NCBI GenBank assembly: GCA_963796275.1
Contig: CAWCKY010000001.1
Location: 960,001-1,024,000, forward strand
Length of the DNA stretch: 64,000 nucleotides
Direction: 5' to 3'
DNA from: an uncultured Acidobacteriota bacterium
GTDB lineage: Bacteria > Acidobacteriota > Blastocatellia > RBC074
In this document: positions 33,517-43,769 of the stretch, piece by piece
Numbering within the stretch: position 1 is the stretch's first letter
Layout: each line of letters begins with the position of its first letter
Program-made: the position numbers and the translations under genes
The notes under the pieces: generated by a model
What the model saw: the letters and a program-made list of their open reading frames with translations, nothing else
What the model was told of the DNA's origin: nothing
Database searches by the model: none

Positions 33517-34386
33517 ATGAAGATCGCTGCAACATTATTTTTACTCTGTCTGGTGATTAACAGCGGTCAGCAGATCACCGAGTTCCAGAAGGAGGCGCTG
33601 TCATCTGTTCAGCACCGCTTAGCATCGAGCTTCGATGAAGGATTACCCAGACGCCCCTTCGGTGAGTGGTTCAAGGAGATGGCTGGTGAGCGGGCCGGGG
33701 TGATCTGGCAATTGAGCGAGTGTGGCGACCCGGCAAGCGCTGCGGACACAGTCGAGGATATGCCGGCCTGCGCAGAAGTCAATGCAGTCTTGCCCAATGG
33801 GAGCAAGGTAGTGGTCATGATTCTGGTCGGAACATTCAAGAAAGGGCGAATAGGCGAGCCGTCATTCCTGGGAGCGGTGATTGAACAAAATGACCAGTTC
33901 TACCAGGTGAGCCGGCTACGTGATTTGCCTAAGTTGGTGCACGACCCCGGGAGCCGCCCGGTCAGTTTGCCGGGAGTAACGGCGAAGCAGGCGCTGCTGA
34001 AGTTACGCTATCAGTCTCTGCCAGCCTCGGAGACGAGCTATCTGGAAAAGGGTGCGAACGGCTCGGAAGAGCAGTTGCCTCCGCCGGCACCGCCGCGGAA
34101 GGTGGAGGAGGTAGTAGTTCAAGGTTGGGCAGTAACCAGGATCAAACCGGTCTATCCCGCAAGCGCGAAGAAGATGAATGCATATGGAGCGGTAGAGGTT
34201 CGGATAATCATCTCGCCGGATGGGAAGGTGATTGATGCGAGAGCCATCAGCGGCCATTTCGCGCTGCGCGGCGCTGCGGTAGAAGCGGCGCACGGTTGGG
34301 TATTCAAACCGACGACTATCGATGGTGTACCGGTCAATACTGAGAGCGTGTTGACATTCGTCTTCGCTCGCGGCGCGAAAAAATAA
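33517..34386 (+). CDS. TonB C-terminal-domain protein, copy 1
   Basis: Signal peptide, unknown N-domain, PPPAPP linker, PVYPASAKK..GAVEVRIIISPDGKV..WVFKP. Confidence 0.88.
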   Translation: MKIAATLFLLCLVINSGQQITEFQKEALSSVQHRLASSFDEGLPRRPFGEWFKEMAGERAGVIWQLSECGDPASAADTVEDMPACAEVNAVLPNGSKVVVMILVGTFKKGRIGEPSFLGAVIEQNDQFYQVSRLRDLPKLVHDPGSRPVSLPGVTAKQALLKLRYQSLPASETSYLEKGANGSEEQLPPPAPPRKVEEVVVQGWAVTRIKPVYPASAKKMNAYGAVEVRIIISPDGKVIDARAISGHFALRGAAVEAAHGWVFKPTTIDGVPVNTESVLTFVFARGAKK

Positions 34387-34602
34387 TCGACGGTACTGAA
34401 GTCGATCTGGTGGCAATTAAGGGATCCGAATTTTGAAAATCTCTCGGATTTATAGGGACTAATCAAATTTTCAATATCGCGCCTTAATACGGCTTACCAT
34501 AAGACATGAGTTAGTTTATAAACGCGACAATTTTGCGGAGCCGCGCTAGATCGGATATTGCCTAATTGAATTAATAATTCCTACCGTATATTTTGCCGAT
34601 TA

Positions 34603-34722
34603 CTCTTGTGCTCGGTGGATATATCCTTCAATATATTGCCGTCAAAAACACTAATAACATATCCCTAAATGTATTTGCGGCCTTCTTCACCACTTAGCCA
34701 TTCAGTGAATCGGGCTGCCGCG
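34603..34722 (+). promoter_or_regulatory. Conserved upstream region of TBDR copy 2
   Basis: Matches the 29885-30025 motifs (CTCTTGTGCT; CTTCTTCAC..CTTAGCC..GTGAATC.GGCTGC). Confidence 0.55.
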
Positions 34723-34807
34723 AAATAAAGCTTCCAATCCCGTTAAGACACGGGAATGCCATATGGAATAAGAGCATAGATCTTTGTCTGCAATAGGAGG
34801 TTTAAAG

Positions 34808-37800
34808 TTGAAGCAAATGATAAAAATGCTCTGCTTGATTAGTGCGCTTACTCTGAACACCGCAATTATTTGTGGTCAATCGCGGAGTTCATCTGCCGAC
34901 CTCACCGGAATTGTCCTGAGTCCCTCGCAATCGTCCTTGGCAGGAGTCACAGTCACGGCGTTGAATCTTTCCACCGGGATGGCGCGCACAGTCACGACAG
35001 ACGCAACGGGTAATTATCGCATTCCGCTGATGCCCCCCGGCAGATACGAAGTAAGGGTCGATGCATCGGGATTCAACACGCAGGTCAAAAGAGGTATTAC
35101 TCTGACAGTAGGCCAGATCGCTGTGGTTAACTTCGAGATGACTCTCGGAGTAATTAAAGAGGCCGAAGTGGTCGAAACCGACACTCCGGTGATTGAAACC
35201 GAGCGAACGCATCAGTCTTCAACCGTCACTCAGAGATCGATCCTGAACTTTCCGATCAATGGACGCAGATTCCTCGACTTCGCCAGACTGACTCCGGGCG
35301 TTGTCGAAGAGAGTCCGGCAGTAACTGCGGTCCAGACCCCCGCGATGACGACTTCGGGCCTCTCTTTCGGCGGCCTGAACGCGCGCGGTAACAGCGTGCT
35401 GATTGACGGTGTGGATAATAATGACATCGCCACTAACGGTGTGCGTCCGACGATCAGCCAGGAAGCGGTCAGCGAGTTTCAGATCAACCGTAACGGTTAT
35501 AACGCCGAGTTCGGCCGTGCCATCGGAGGCGTCATCAATCTCGTCTCGAAGAGCGGCGAAAATCAATTTCACGGAAACGTCTATAATTATTTCCGCAACG
35601 AGCGATTGGATGCGCGAAACACTTTCGCTACGGGACAACTGAAAGACCCGCCGTACAAACGCAACCAGCCAGGCTTCACCTTCGGCGGACCGATAAAAAA
35701 AGACAAGACATTTTTCTTCACCGCCTACGAGGGCCTGATCAGGCGCGAGTCGGCCGTTACCACGATCTTGTCGGATCCCGGGATATTGCAACCGACTGGT
35801 GAACAGCAAGAGCTGATCAACACATTGATTGGCTCGGGCTCGCCGTTGTTTGTGAATCTGGGAGCGGGGCTCAGGGCGCTTCTCACTACTTCGCCGAATA
35901 GCCAATTTCCACCTGAACTCCAGTCTTTCCTCCCGTTCCCCTTCACTCCGCTCAACCGGACTACTTATCAGCTGCTTGCCGGTTCGACCGGGGTTTTCCC
36001 CATCGACCAGACTGCCAGCACAGGCAGCTTCAGGCTCGACCATGGGGTCAGCGAACGTGATTTGTTTTTCTTTCGCTATAACCTGACCAACGACAGCCAG
36101 CATGACGTCGGCATCGGAGGTCAGATGGCTCCCTCGAGCGGATTCGACATCGCGAGTCGTGATCACACCTTCGTTTTCGGCCATACCCACATCTTCAACA
36201 GCGGGGGAAAAACTAACGAGTTCCGTCTCCAATTTCTCCGCAATGTTTTTAACGCCAACACGGTAGATGCTTTCGGGCCGCGCTTGAGAATAGCCGGCAT
36301 CGGCAATTTCGGTCGCGAGTTCTTCTCTCCATCGGATAGGACGCAGAAGAATATTCAGTTCGTCGACAATTTCAGCCTGACCAGAGGCAAGCAAAATATC
36401 AAAATGGGGGCCGATTTCAGCCGCTACGACCTCGATACTATGACAGCAGCTTTCCTGGGCGGCATGATTGACTTCTCGCAGTTGTACGAGGTTCACCTCG
36501 ATACCATCTTCGGTAGCAGGCCGGAATATCAAGCATTGATAAACGCGCTTGGCGCACCGATCGCCTCGGGCGGACTGGGTCGCCCCGACCTCATTCCGGT
36601 ATTGAACGTACTGCCGTTGACCACGGTACAGCAGATGAACCTCGGATTTGCTCGCGCGATCAACCAGGGATTCGGCGATCCCAATGTGGCGATGACCGGG
36701 CATAACCTTGGGTTATATTGGCAGGATGGCGTGAAAGCGCTGCCCAATTTGTTCCTGAGCTTTGGCCTGCGCTATGACTACCAACTGCAGCCCGTAGGGA
36801 TACCGCGCGATGGCAATAATTTCGGACCGCGATTCGGTTTCGCGTACGATCCTTTCAAGAAAGGGAGGACGGTGATCCGCGGCGGCGGCGGTCTCTACTA
36901 TCAATATATCTCCGGGAGCGCTTCGTTCGCTTCAATGGCTCTCGGCGGCCAGCAAATCAGCAGTTTATTGGTATCCGCGGACCCTATGCTGACACCGGCA
37001 TACGGAAATACGGTGTGCAGCCAGCTGGCTGCATCCGCATTAAGATATCCGCCATCATTCTGTTTCTATCAGAATCTTGCCGGGAGCGGTCTGTTGAATT
37101 TTCCGATGACCGCGAGCATCCCCGAATCTGCTTATACCAATCTACTCGGTCTGACGCGTGATACCAGCACGAACAGGCTTTTGTTGCGTCTGGCTGGAAA
37201 CGCCGTCAATCCCTACAGCGTTCATGGCAATCTCGGTATCGATCACCAATTCAATGGAGATTGGAACCTGTCCGTCAATTACCTGATCAATCATGGTGTA
37301 AATCTGATACGCACCCGTCAGGTCAATGCGCTCCCGGATCCGACCTTCCTCGATAGATTGGGACGTCCTTCGCTGCGGGGACGGGTAGACCAGACGCGGC
37401 TGGCGGATTTTCTCCTGGAAACGGCGGGCAATTCGATCTATCACGGTCTGAATGTAGAGATCGATAAACGCTTCAGTCGTTACTACCAGATAATCGGTTC
37501 ATACAGCTTCGGCAAAACGATCTCCGATACGGCTGATTTCGTGTTCGAACAGGGGCCGCAAGACCCAACCAACGCGCTGGCCGATCGCGGTCTCTCGTCT
37601 TTCGATGTGCGCCACCGCCTCTCGCTGGCGGCGCTCTTCGAAAGCCCGTTTCGTGGCGGCAAGGGCAGTGGGTGGTACCAGAGAGCACTCGCCGATTTTT
37701 ACCTATCGCCGATCTTCACGGTGCGATCCGGATTTCCATGGGACATACGGACGGGAATTGACGTCAATCAGGACAGTAACCTTAACGACCGCCCGTTCGC

Positions 37801-38107
37801 GGTAGGTCGCAATACGGGGATCGGGCCCGGATTCTATACCGTCGACTTTCGTTTAGGGCGGCGCTTCCGCTTCAATCGCGATGGTACGCGATCGCTCGAA
37901 TTAATTTTCGATGCGTTCAATCTCTTCAACCGGGTAAATTTCAAGGAGGTGAATGGGAATACCTACGGCGCCCTCTACCTGGATCAAATGGGGATTACTG
38001 ATAACCGAGTCCGCGGCAGTGCGGATCTAATGCCGAGCAGTTTCGGCGGATTCACCTCCGCCTATGATCCGCGGATCATACAAATCGGAGTGAAGTTCAA
38101 TTTTTAA
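34808..38107 (+). CDS. TonB-dependent receptor (Oar-like), copy 2
   Basis: Clear paralog of 30107..33370; AGGAGG RBS before TTG 34808; ends IGVKFNF. Confidence 0.93.
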   Translation: MKQMIKMLCLISALTLNTAIICGQSRSSSADLTGIVLSPSQSSLAGVTVTALNLSTGMARTVTTDATGNYRIPLMPPGRYEVRVDASGFNTQVKRGITLTVGQIAVVNFEMTLGVIKEAEVVETDTPVIETERTHQSSTVTQRSILNFPINGRRFLDFARLTPGVVEESPAVTAVQTPAMTTSGLSFGGLNARGNSVLIDGVDNNDIATNGVRPTISQEAVSEFQINRNGYNAEFGRAIGGVINLVSKSGENQFHGNVYNYFRNERLDARNTFATGQLKDPPYKRNQPGFTFGGPIKKDKTFFFTAYEGLIRRESAVTTILSDPGILQPTGEQQELINTLIGSGSPLFVNLGAGLRALLTTSPNSQFPPELQSFLPFPFTPLNRTTYQLLAGSTGVFPIDQTASTGSFRLDHGVSERDLFFFRYNLTNDSQHDVGIGGQMAPSSGFDIASRDHTFVFGHTHIFNSGGKTNEFRLQFLRNVFNANTVDAFGPRLRIAGIGNFGREFFSPSDRTQKNIQFVDNFSLTRGKQNIKMGADFSRYDLDTMTAAFLGGMIDFSQLYEVHLDTIFGSRPEYQALINALGAPIASGGLGRPDLIPVLNVLPLTTVQQMNLGFARAINQGFGDPNVAMTGHNLGLYWQDGVKALPNLFLSFGLRYDYQLQPVGIPRDGNNFGPRFGFAYDPFKKGRTVIRGGGGLYYQYISGSASFASMALGGQQISSLLVSADPMLTPAYGNTVCSQLAASALRYPPSFCFYQNLAGSGLLNFPMTASIPESAYTNLLGLTRDTSTNRLLLRLAGNAVNPYSVHGNLGIDHQFNGDWNLSVNYLINHGVNLIRTRQVNALPDPTFLDRLGRPSLRGRVDQTRLADFLLETAGNSIYHGLNVEIDKRFSRYYQIIGSYSFGKTISDTADFVFEQGPQDPTNALADRGLSSFDVRHRLSLAALFESPFRGGKGSGWYQRALADFYLSPIFTVRSGFPWDIRTGIDVNQDSNLNDRPFAVGRNTGIGPGFYTVDFRLGRRFRFNRDGTRSLELIFDAFNLFNRVNFKEVNGNTYGALYLDQMGITDNRVRGSADLMPSSFGGFTSAYDPRIIQIGVKFNF

Positions 38108-38248
38108 ACAGCCTCGTAAGGTTGGGGCAAAAAACTCAGGCGAAGCCGCCATCCGTCAGAAAAGACCAGGGAAAGAAAGACATTTTTATTCCTTCTTCTC
38201 TTCCGGCCTTTGCGGCTTTGCGGCTCCGCGTGAGATCTCCCAGCTTAT

Positions 38249-39115
38249 ATGAAGATCGCTGCAACATTATTTTTACTCTGTCTGGTGATTAACAGCGGTC
38301 AGCAGATCACCGAGTTCGAGAAGGAGGCGCTGTCATCTGTTCAGCGCCGCTTAGCATCGAGCTTCGATGAAGGATTACCCAGACGCCCCTTCAGTGCGTG
38401 GTTCAAGGAGATGGCTGGTGAGCGGGCCGGGGTGATCTGGCAATTGAGCGAGTGTGGCGACCCGGCAAGCGCTGCGGACACAGTCGAGGATATGCCGGCC
38501 TGCGCAGAAGTCAATGCAGTCTTGCCCAATGGGAGCAAGGTAGTGGTCATGATTCTGGTCGGAACATTCAAGAAAGGGCGAATAGGCGAGCCGTCATTCC
38601 TGGGAGCGGTGATTGAACAAAATGACCAGTTCTACCAGGTGAGCCGGCTACGTGATTTGCCTAAGCTGGTGCACGACCCCGGGAGCCGCCCGGTCAGTTT
38701 GCCGGGAGTAACGGCGAAGCAGGCGCTGCTGAAATTACGCTATCAGTCTCTGCCAGCCTCGGAGACGAGCTATCTGGAAAAGAGTGCGAACGGCTCGGAA
38801 GAGCAGTTGCCTCCGCCGGCACCGCCGCGGAAGGTGGAGGAGGTAGTAGTTCAAGGTTGGGCAGTAACCAGGGTCAAACCGGTCTATCCCGCAAGCGCGA
38901 AGAGGATGAATGCATATGGAGCGGTAGAGGTTCGGATTATCATCTCGCCGGATGGGAAGGTGATTGATGCGACAGCCATCAGCGGCCATATAGCGCTGCG
39001 GATCGCTGCGGTGAAGGCGGCGCGCGGCTGGGTATTCAAACCGACGACTATCGATGGAGTACCGGTCGATACTGAGAGCATTCTGACATTTGTCTTCGCT
39101 CGTAGCTCAAATTAG
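38249..39115 (+). CDS. TonB C-terminal-domain protein, copy 2
   Basis: Nearly identical to 33517..34386. Confidence 0.88.
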   Translation: MKIAATLFLLCLVINSGQQITEFEKEALSSVQRRLASSFDEGLPRRPFSAWFKEMAGERAGVIWQLSECGDPASAADTVEDMPACAEVNAVLPNGSKVVVMILVGTFKKGRIGEPSFLGAVIEQNDQFYQVSRLRDLPKLVHDPGSRPVSLPGVTAKQALLKLRYQSLPASETSYLEKSANGSEEQLPPPAPPRKVEEVVVQGWAVTRVKPVYPASAKRMNAYGAVEVRIIISPDGKVIDATAISGHIALRIAAVKAARGWVFKPTTIDGVPVDTESILTFVFARSSN

Positions 39116-39233
39116 GCGCGATATAAACGGTAGAAAATAAGGAGCGGGATTCACTGGAAAAACCACAAAAGACATAAGGGCTTTCGAGATTTCTGAAGCT
39201 CTCAAAGTCTATGCAAGCTGAAATCAATGACCT

Positions 39234-40121
39234 CTATTTCGCAGTAGCCTCACGAATGAAATCGATAATCTGCTCGAGGTACTCTTTCCCGCCATTCCCA
39301 AACAAATTGTGATCGCCTCCCTCAACGATCTTTAACTTCTTCGGTTCGCGTGCGGCCGCAAAAAGTTTGCGCCCTTGCTCGACGGGAATCACATTATCAT
39401 TCGTGCCGTGAGTCACGAGCACCGGGCAGTTCACGTTCGCAATCTTGCGTTCGGATTCAAAGCGGTTCTTTCCCAACCAGTGTAGCCACCGCGGCAGAAA
39501 GGGAACTGTTGTCGCACCCATATCGCTGGCTGAACTCAAGCCCGATTCGACAATCAATGCCCCGCAAGCGCGGCGTGAGGCGAGATCGATCGCAGCCGTA
39601 GTGCCTAGCGATTCGCCGTAGAGAACGAGCTTTTCTGGTTTTACGCTGCGTTCGCGCATCAGGTAATGGTAGGCTGCATCCGTATCGGCATACAGTCCCC
39701 ACTCATCTGTGATCTTGCCCTCGCTGCGCCCATAGCCGCGATAATCGAAAATCAGGACATCCAAGTTATTTTTCGATAGTTCTTCGGCGACCCACGCGAC
39801 GTGAGTTAAATTGCCTCCGTTGCCGTGGCATAAGAGTACTGTAGCGATTGCCGGCTGAGATTGTGATCGCACGAACCATCCATGCAACCGTTGCACGCGT
39901 TCACCATCGGTGACACTGAACCAGACGTTTTCGCCATTTGCAGGCGGAGTCCAAGCGGGGCCGGGAATGTATGGCAAAGGATGATATGTCATCGAATATT
40001 CGAGCCAGCGCAAACCAATGAAAAATATTAACAATATGGATAGTAGAGAGAGTGCCGCTCGAACCGTACGCGGTATACGAAAGAGAATGAATTTTGGCGA
40101 GGAAGAATCAGATGAACTCAT
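39234..40121 (-). CDS. Alpha/beta hydrolase (YfhR/BEM46-like)
   Basis: HGNGGN, FDYRGYGRSEG, GESLG nucleophile, HGTNDNVIP, GGDHN. Confidence 0.92.
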   Translation of the reverse strand: MSSSDSSSPKFILFRIPRTVRAALSLLSILLIFFIGLRWLEYSMTYHPLPYIPGPAWTPPANGENVWFSVTDGERVQRLHGWFVRSQSQPAIATVLLCHGNGGNLTHVAWVAEELSKNNLDVLIFDYRGYGRSEGKITDEWGLYADTDAAYHYLMRERSVKPEKLVLYGESLGTTAAIDLASRRACGALIVESGLSSASDMGATTVPFLPRWLHWLGKNRFESERKIANVNCPVLVTHGTNDNVIPVEQGRKLFAAAREPKKLKIVEGGDHNLFGNGGKEYLEQIIDFIREATAK

Positions 40122-40257
40122 AAATTGCTGTCAACCGGGTGCATTTGGTTCTTATAGATAGAAGATTTCATACGAGGAAGAAGGTCTTTTTTGTTCTGAA
40201 TAATGAGAAATACGGTCTAGAATCATACCCGATTGGATGCATATTGCTTCACCGTCC

Positions 40258-40710
40258 CACTGCCAAATTTGCCTTCCAGCGTGCGGTACTGCACTACCTC
40301 CGAAATATGCCGCTCGTCGATTTCGGCCGCGCCTTCCAAATCCGCGATCGTCCGCTGACCTTGAGAATCCTATCGTATGACCTCGCCGACAGGTTTTTAA
40401 TCGCGCGCTCCGGCCGGGAGAGAGGTGGTAGTATTTGCGGATCATTCGCGGCGTCATCTGCGCGTTGCAGAAACATGTTATGCAAAAGTTTGCTGCTGAA
40501 TTTTCCTCGCCCGGCCGATTGCTCGAGGGATTTCGGCTGAGCCCTCCAAAGCTTCCTGCAATGACAACTCGGTCACTTTAACTGCGGGCGCGTCGATGTG
40601 GATGTCTATGCGGTCGAGCAGCGGACCCGAAATCTTCGAGATGTACCGCTGAATCTGTAGCGGCGTGCATTTGCAGTCACGCGACGGATCATTGAAATAG
40701 CCGCACGGCA
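40258..40710 (-). pseudogene. comM: Decayed duplicate of the comM 3' end
   Basis: Aligns by eye with ~48054-48531 ([52 protein letters not shown]..) and carries several deletions. Confidence 0.9.
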
Positions 40711-41213
40711 TATATGCGTTGCGATTTTGCATGCGCAGACTCATTGGCAGAAATCCTGTCGCTATCTTTGTCTAAATTCGTGTTCAAAACCTGACATCTG
40801 AAACGCATCAAGAGGAGAACGAAATCGCTTCGAAATCATTTTCTGAAAGATTCTTGCTAAATTAATCACTCTTTATACAGGGAGAGAGGACGGTGTGATA
40901 GCCATGCCCGAAACAGCTCTCAACCAGTGAAATGGTCGGAATGACTTGAGCGAGAAGGAAAAGGTAACCTGCAAGCGGGAAGACATAAACGGCAGCCGAC
41001 GGAGTGGATTGAGGGTAGCCTGCATATTCCTGCATTCTGTTAAGAAGTTGTTTCGAAGCCATTATCTCGCAGTCCAAATCTGATCTGTGTCATCGGCCCG
41101 TAATAATGAGTTCCCATCTAGCTTTGCGGTATTTGCTTTTCTACATCGAATTTATGCTGTCCAACAGGAATAGTTTACTGAATTGCATTTTAGGAGTATG
41201 CGGCGATCGGCCT

Positions 41214-41313
41214 GCATAACAACCAATTTGGGTTATTTATACTGTCAATGGCTGTATAAGACGTGGGGTTAGCCTTATTATTCGGTACATAGCCATAGAA
41301 TATATAGTTAGGC
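41214..41313 (+). other. Degenerate attC-like site
   Basis: GCATAAC...ATGGCTGTA/TACATAGCCAT stem...GTTAGGC. Confidence 0.45.
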
Positions 41314-41395
41314 GCGCTGAATGAATGGTTGCGCTTGCTGAAAGTAATATCTAAGGAATAAGACCGTTAGGTTAATTCCATGTCCAGGAAACATC

Positions 41396-41704
41396 ATGGC
41401 TTTGTGGCAGACTATTCTTTTCTTTGGGGTTGTGGTGATCATATTTGATGGAGTATGGGCACTGGTAGCCCGAAGCAAAGAATACAACTACGCAAGGGGT
41501 ACGTGGGTAAGCTTGCTTATATACCTGATTGCGGGAGGAGTGACAGCTAGGAGCGGTGGAGTTCTAGCAGGATTACTTGGCGGGTTGATAACTGCTGGTG
41601 TCGAAGCGACCATTGGTTGGTGGATCTCTTGGAAGATCGGTCCTGGGCGTCTGCCAAACACGGATTTGAGGGACACCCTTTACGCACTCTACTCAGTACA
41701 GTAG
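41396..41704 (+). CDS. Small membrane protein cassette (3' end probably frameshifted)
   Basis: Hydrophobic 102-aa ORF after GTTAGGT at 41366; AGGA RBS. Confidence 0.6.
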   Translation: MALWQTILFFGVVVIIFDGVWALVARSKEYNYARGTWVSLLIYLIAGGVTARSGGVLAGLLGGLITAGVEATIGWWISWKIGPGRLPNTDLRDTLYALYSVQ

Positions 41705-41768
41705 GTCTTGTTATGGTTACGGGAGCTGGCTGCGGACTTGTGGGAGCGGAGTAGCCAGTGGAGATACA

Positions 41769-42259
41769 ATGACTGAACAAGAAGAACAATACTTGTATTT
41801 TGTTTCCTGCATCAACGCTCTCAACAATGCTTGGCGGCTTCTGCAAGAAATCAAACGGTGCAAAAGAAATTCGCTTGTAGGCGCTGCTTTTCAATTTGCC
41901 TTAATTGAATACTCAAAACCGTATATAGTCTCCTTTGGGACTGTCTTGAACTCAAAAGGCAAATCCATTCCACGCAAACTCGATGAATCACACATCCCTG
42001 CCACGCATATCCAATTGCATAAGAGAATTATTGATGCGCGAGATCAGATTCATTCCCATTCTGATCTAACAGTAATGGAAGCCAAGCTGTACGTTAAGAG
42101 CAGTCCACAGGAAAGATCGTCGGTACAGTACAAAACAAAATATATGGTATTGAGGAGCTTTCAAACATCGATGCTATCATTGATCTAATAGAGCAAACAC
42201 TCGATAGTATGTATGTGGAAGCTAAAAGATTAGAAGCAGCATTACCAGTCACGTCATGA
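41769..42259 (+). CDS. HEPN-like cassette protein (frameshift near 42110)
   Basis: GGAG RBS; ALIEYSKPY...LHKRIIDARDQIHSHSD (Rx5H); alternate frame continues GKIVGTVQNKIYGIEEL..LEAALPVTS-stop. Confidence 0.6.
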
Positions 42260-42266
42260 TAAGGTG

Positions 42267-42358
42267 GTCTAACAATCGGTTCGACGGGAGCCGCCGAAGC
42301 GGATTTCTCAAGGTTCCATCAGTGTTCGGCGGCGGCCCGATCAACCGGCGCGTTAGGT
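42267..42358 (+). other. attC site
   Basis: GTCTAAC...CGGTTCGACGGG-AGCCGCCGAA...TTCGGCGGC-GGCCCGATCAACCG...GTTAGGT; 92 bp with both core boxes and a bulged stem. Confidence 0.85.
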
Positions 42359-42396
42359 AGCAATCAAAATACACTCGATTGCAGAGGATATTTAGT

Positions 42397-43601
42397 ATGG
42401 CTCTTCTTTCAATCTGGTCGTCTAATCCAGACGCTGTATTTTCATTATCAATTGAGCAAATTGTCGCGACAGCAGGTGATGGAAAGTTGCGCGATGACAA
42501 CGAATGTTCAGCTGAACTACAAACATTTTTAACGCAGGTGCCAAGTGAGAAGCTAGCAGAGTTTGCTGATTATTGTCTTAGTACAGGATTTAGCAAAAGC
42601 GGCTTGGTGTTACAAGATATCGTGAATGAGATTGGCAGAAGGCTTGATTATTACGTTATCAACGGTCGCTACCAAGGTACGGCTAATGCCATTGGTAATG
42701 ACGGTCTTTGGAGAAGCCCAGAGAATCACGATATACTTGTCGAAATCAAAACGACAGATGCATTTCGTATACCGCTAAACACGATCGCAACTTATAGAGA
42801 TAAGCTTCGGGGTGAGGGTAAGATAAACTGCTTAAACTCTATGCTACTTGTTGTTGGCCGTGAAGACACCGGAGAGATGGAGGCTCAGGTACGCGGCTCG
42901 CGACATGCTTGGGATATGCGATTGATAAGCGTTGATTCCCTTGTGCATCTCATAAGCTTAAAGAGAGTCGGAAGAAGCTGCTACCGGCTCTAAAATTAGA
43001 AGTGTATTGGTGCCCATGGAGTATACTCGTCTAGATGCTCTCATCGATGTTATGTTTACTACTGCAAAAGATGTTGAGAGCTCTGTAGACTCTGAAAAAC
43101 CCTCTGTTGATGAAGATAATGATGATAACGAAGATAGGCCGAGCTGGGAATTTACTGACCCGGCTTTAATGGCGGAAAAGCGTGACCGGATTATAAGTGC
43201 TTTTGCCCAACAGCATAAAGTAAAATTTTATTCGGAAAAGTCGCACTTTGTATTGGAATGCAGATCATAGCTTTAAAATAGTTTATCGGTGTCGAAACGT
43301 TACACGCGTAAGTGGAGAGCGCCCTTATTAATATGCATATCATCCTCAATCGAATGAATTCTTGACGGAGGCTGAAGATGGGTTTTTTATCCTAGGGTGT
43401 ATGGATTTAAGTATTGCGTTTGCATATACCAGTTCATATGATCAGGCACACCTCAGTGCGCTCAACACCACAAATAGGCGAGATGGGGCATTATACTTGG
43501 CATATAAAAATCCTAGAGTTCCAATCAGAGGTATACTCTTTGCATATGCAAAATCTGGAAGCCATGTTGGCATTATTATTCCATATAATTTTAAGTTTTG
43601 A
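42397..43601 (+). pseudogene. PD-(D/E)xK restriction-endonuclease-like cassette, fragmented
   Basis: GNDGLW...LVEIKTTD motif; the reading continues through ORFs 43007..43270 and 43362..43601. Confidence 0.65.
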
Positions 43602-43626
43602 TCTTAAAATAAAATTCAATAAATGC

Positions 43627-43735
43627 AGCCTGACGATGTTGCACGAGCCGCTGCAACTATATACGTTCCACCGAAGCCCTTGAGTAGCCTGGGGGCCTAT
43701 AGCGAGGGCCGCGGCCCGGTAAACGCAGAACTTTC
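43627..43735 (+). other. Degenerate attC-like remnant
   Basis: GCCTGAC.ATGTTGCACGAGCCGC...GCGGCCCGGTAAAC resembles the arms of the other attC copies; the right core box is eroded. Confidence 0.4.
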
Positions 43736-43769
43736 GCTGGCCCACTTATTAGGGAACACGACCCTCGAT

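Noticed and set aside
35219-36703. 494-aa minus-strand ORF
   Set aside because: Lies wholly antisense to TBDR copy 2, has no motifs, and the equivalent frame is interrupted in copy 1.
40711-41210. Possible integrase or attI remnant at the array 5' end
   Set aside because: No tyrosine- or serine-recombinase motifs could be read by eye; a BLASTX search would be needed to exclude a remnant.
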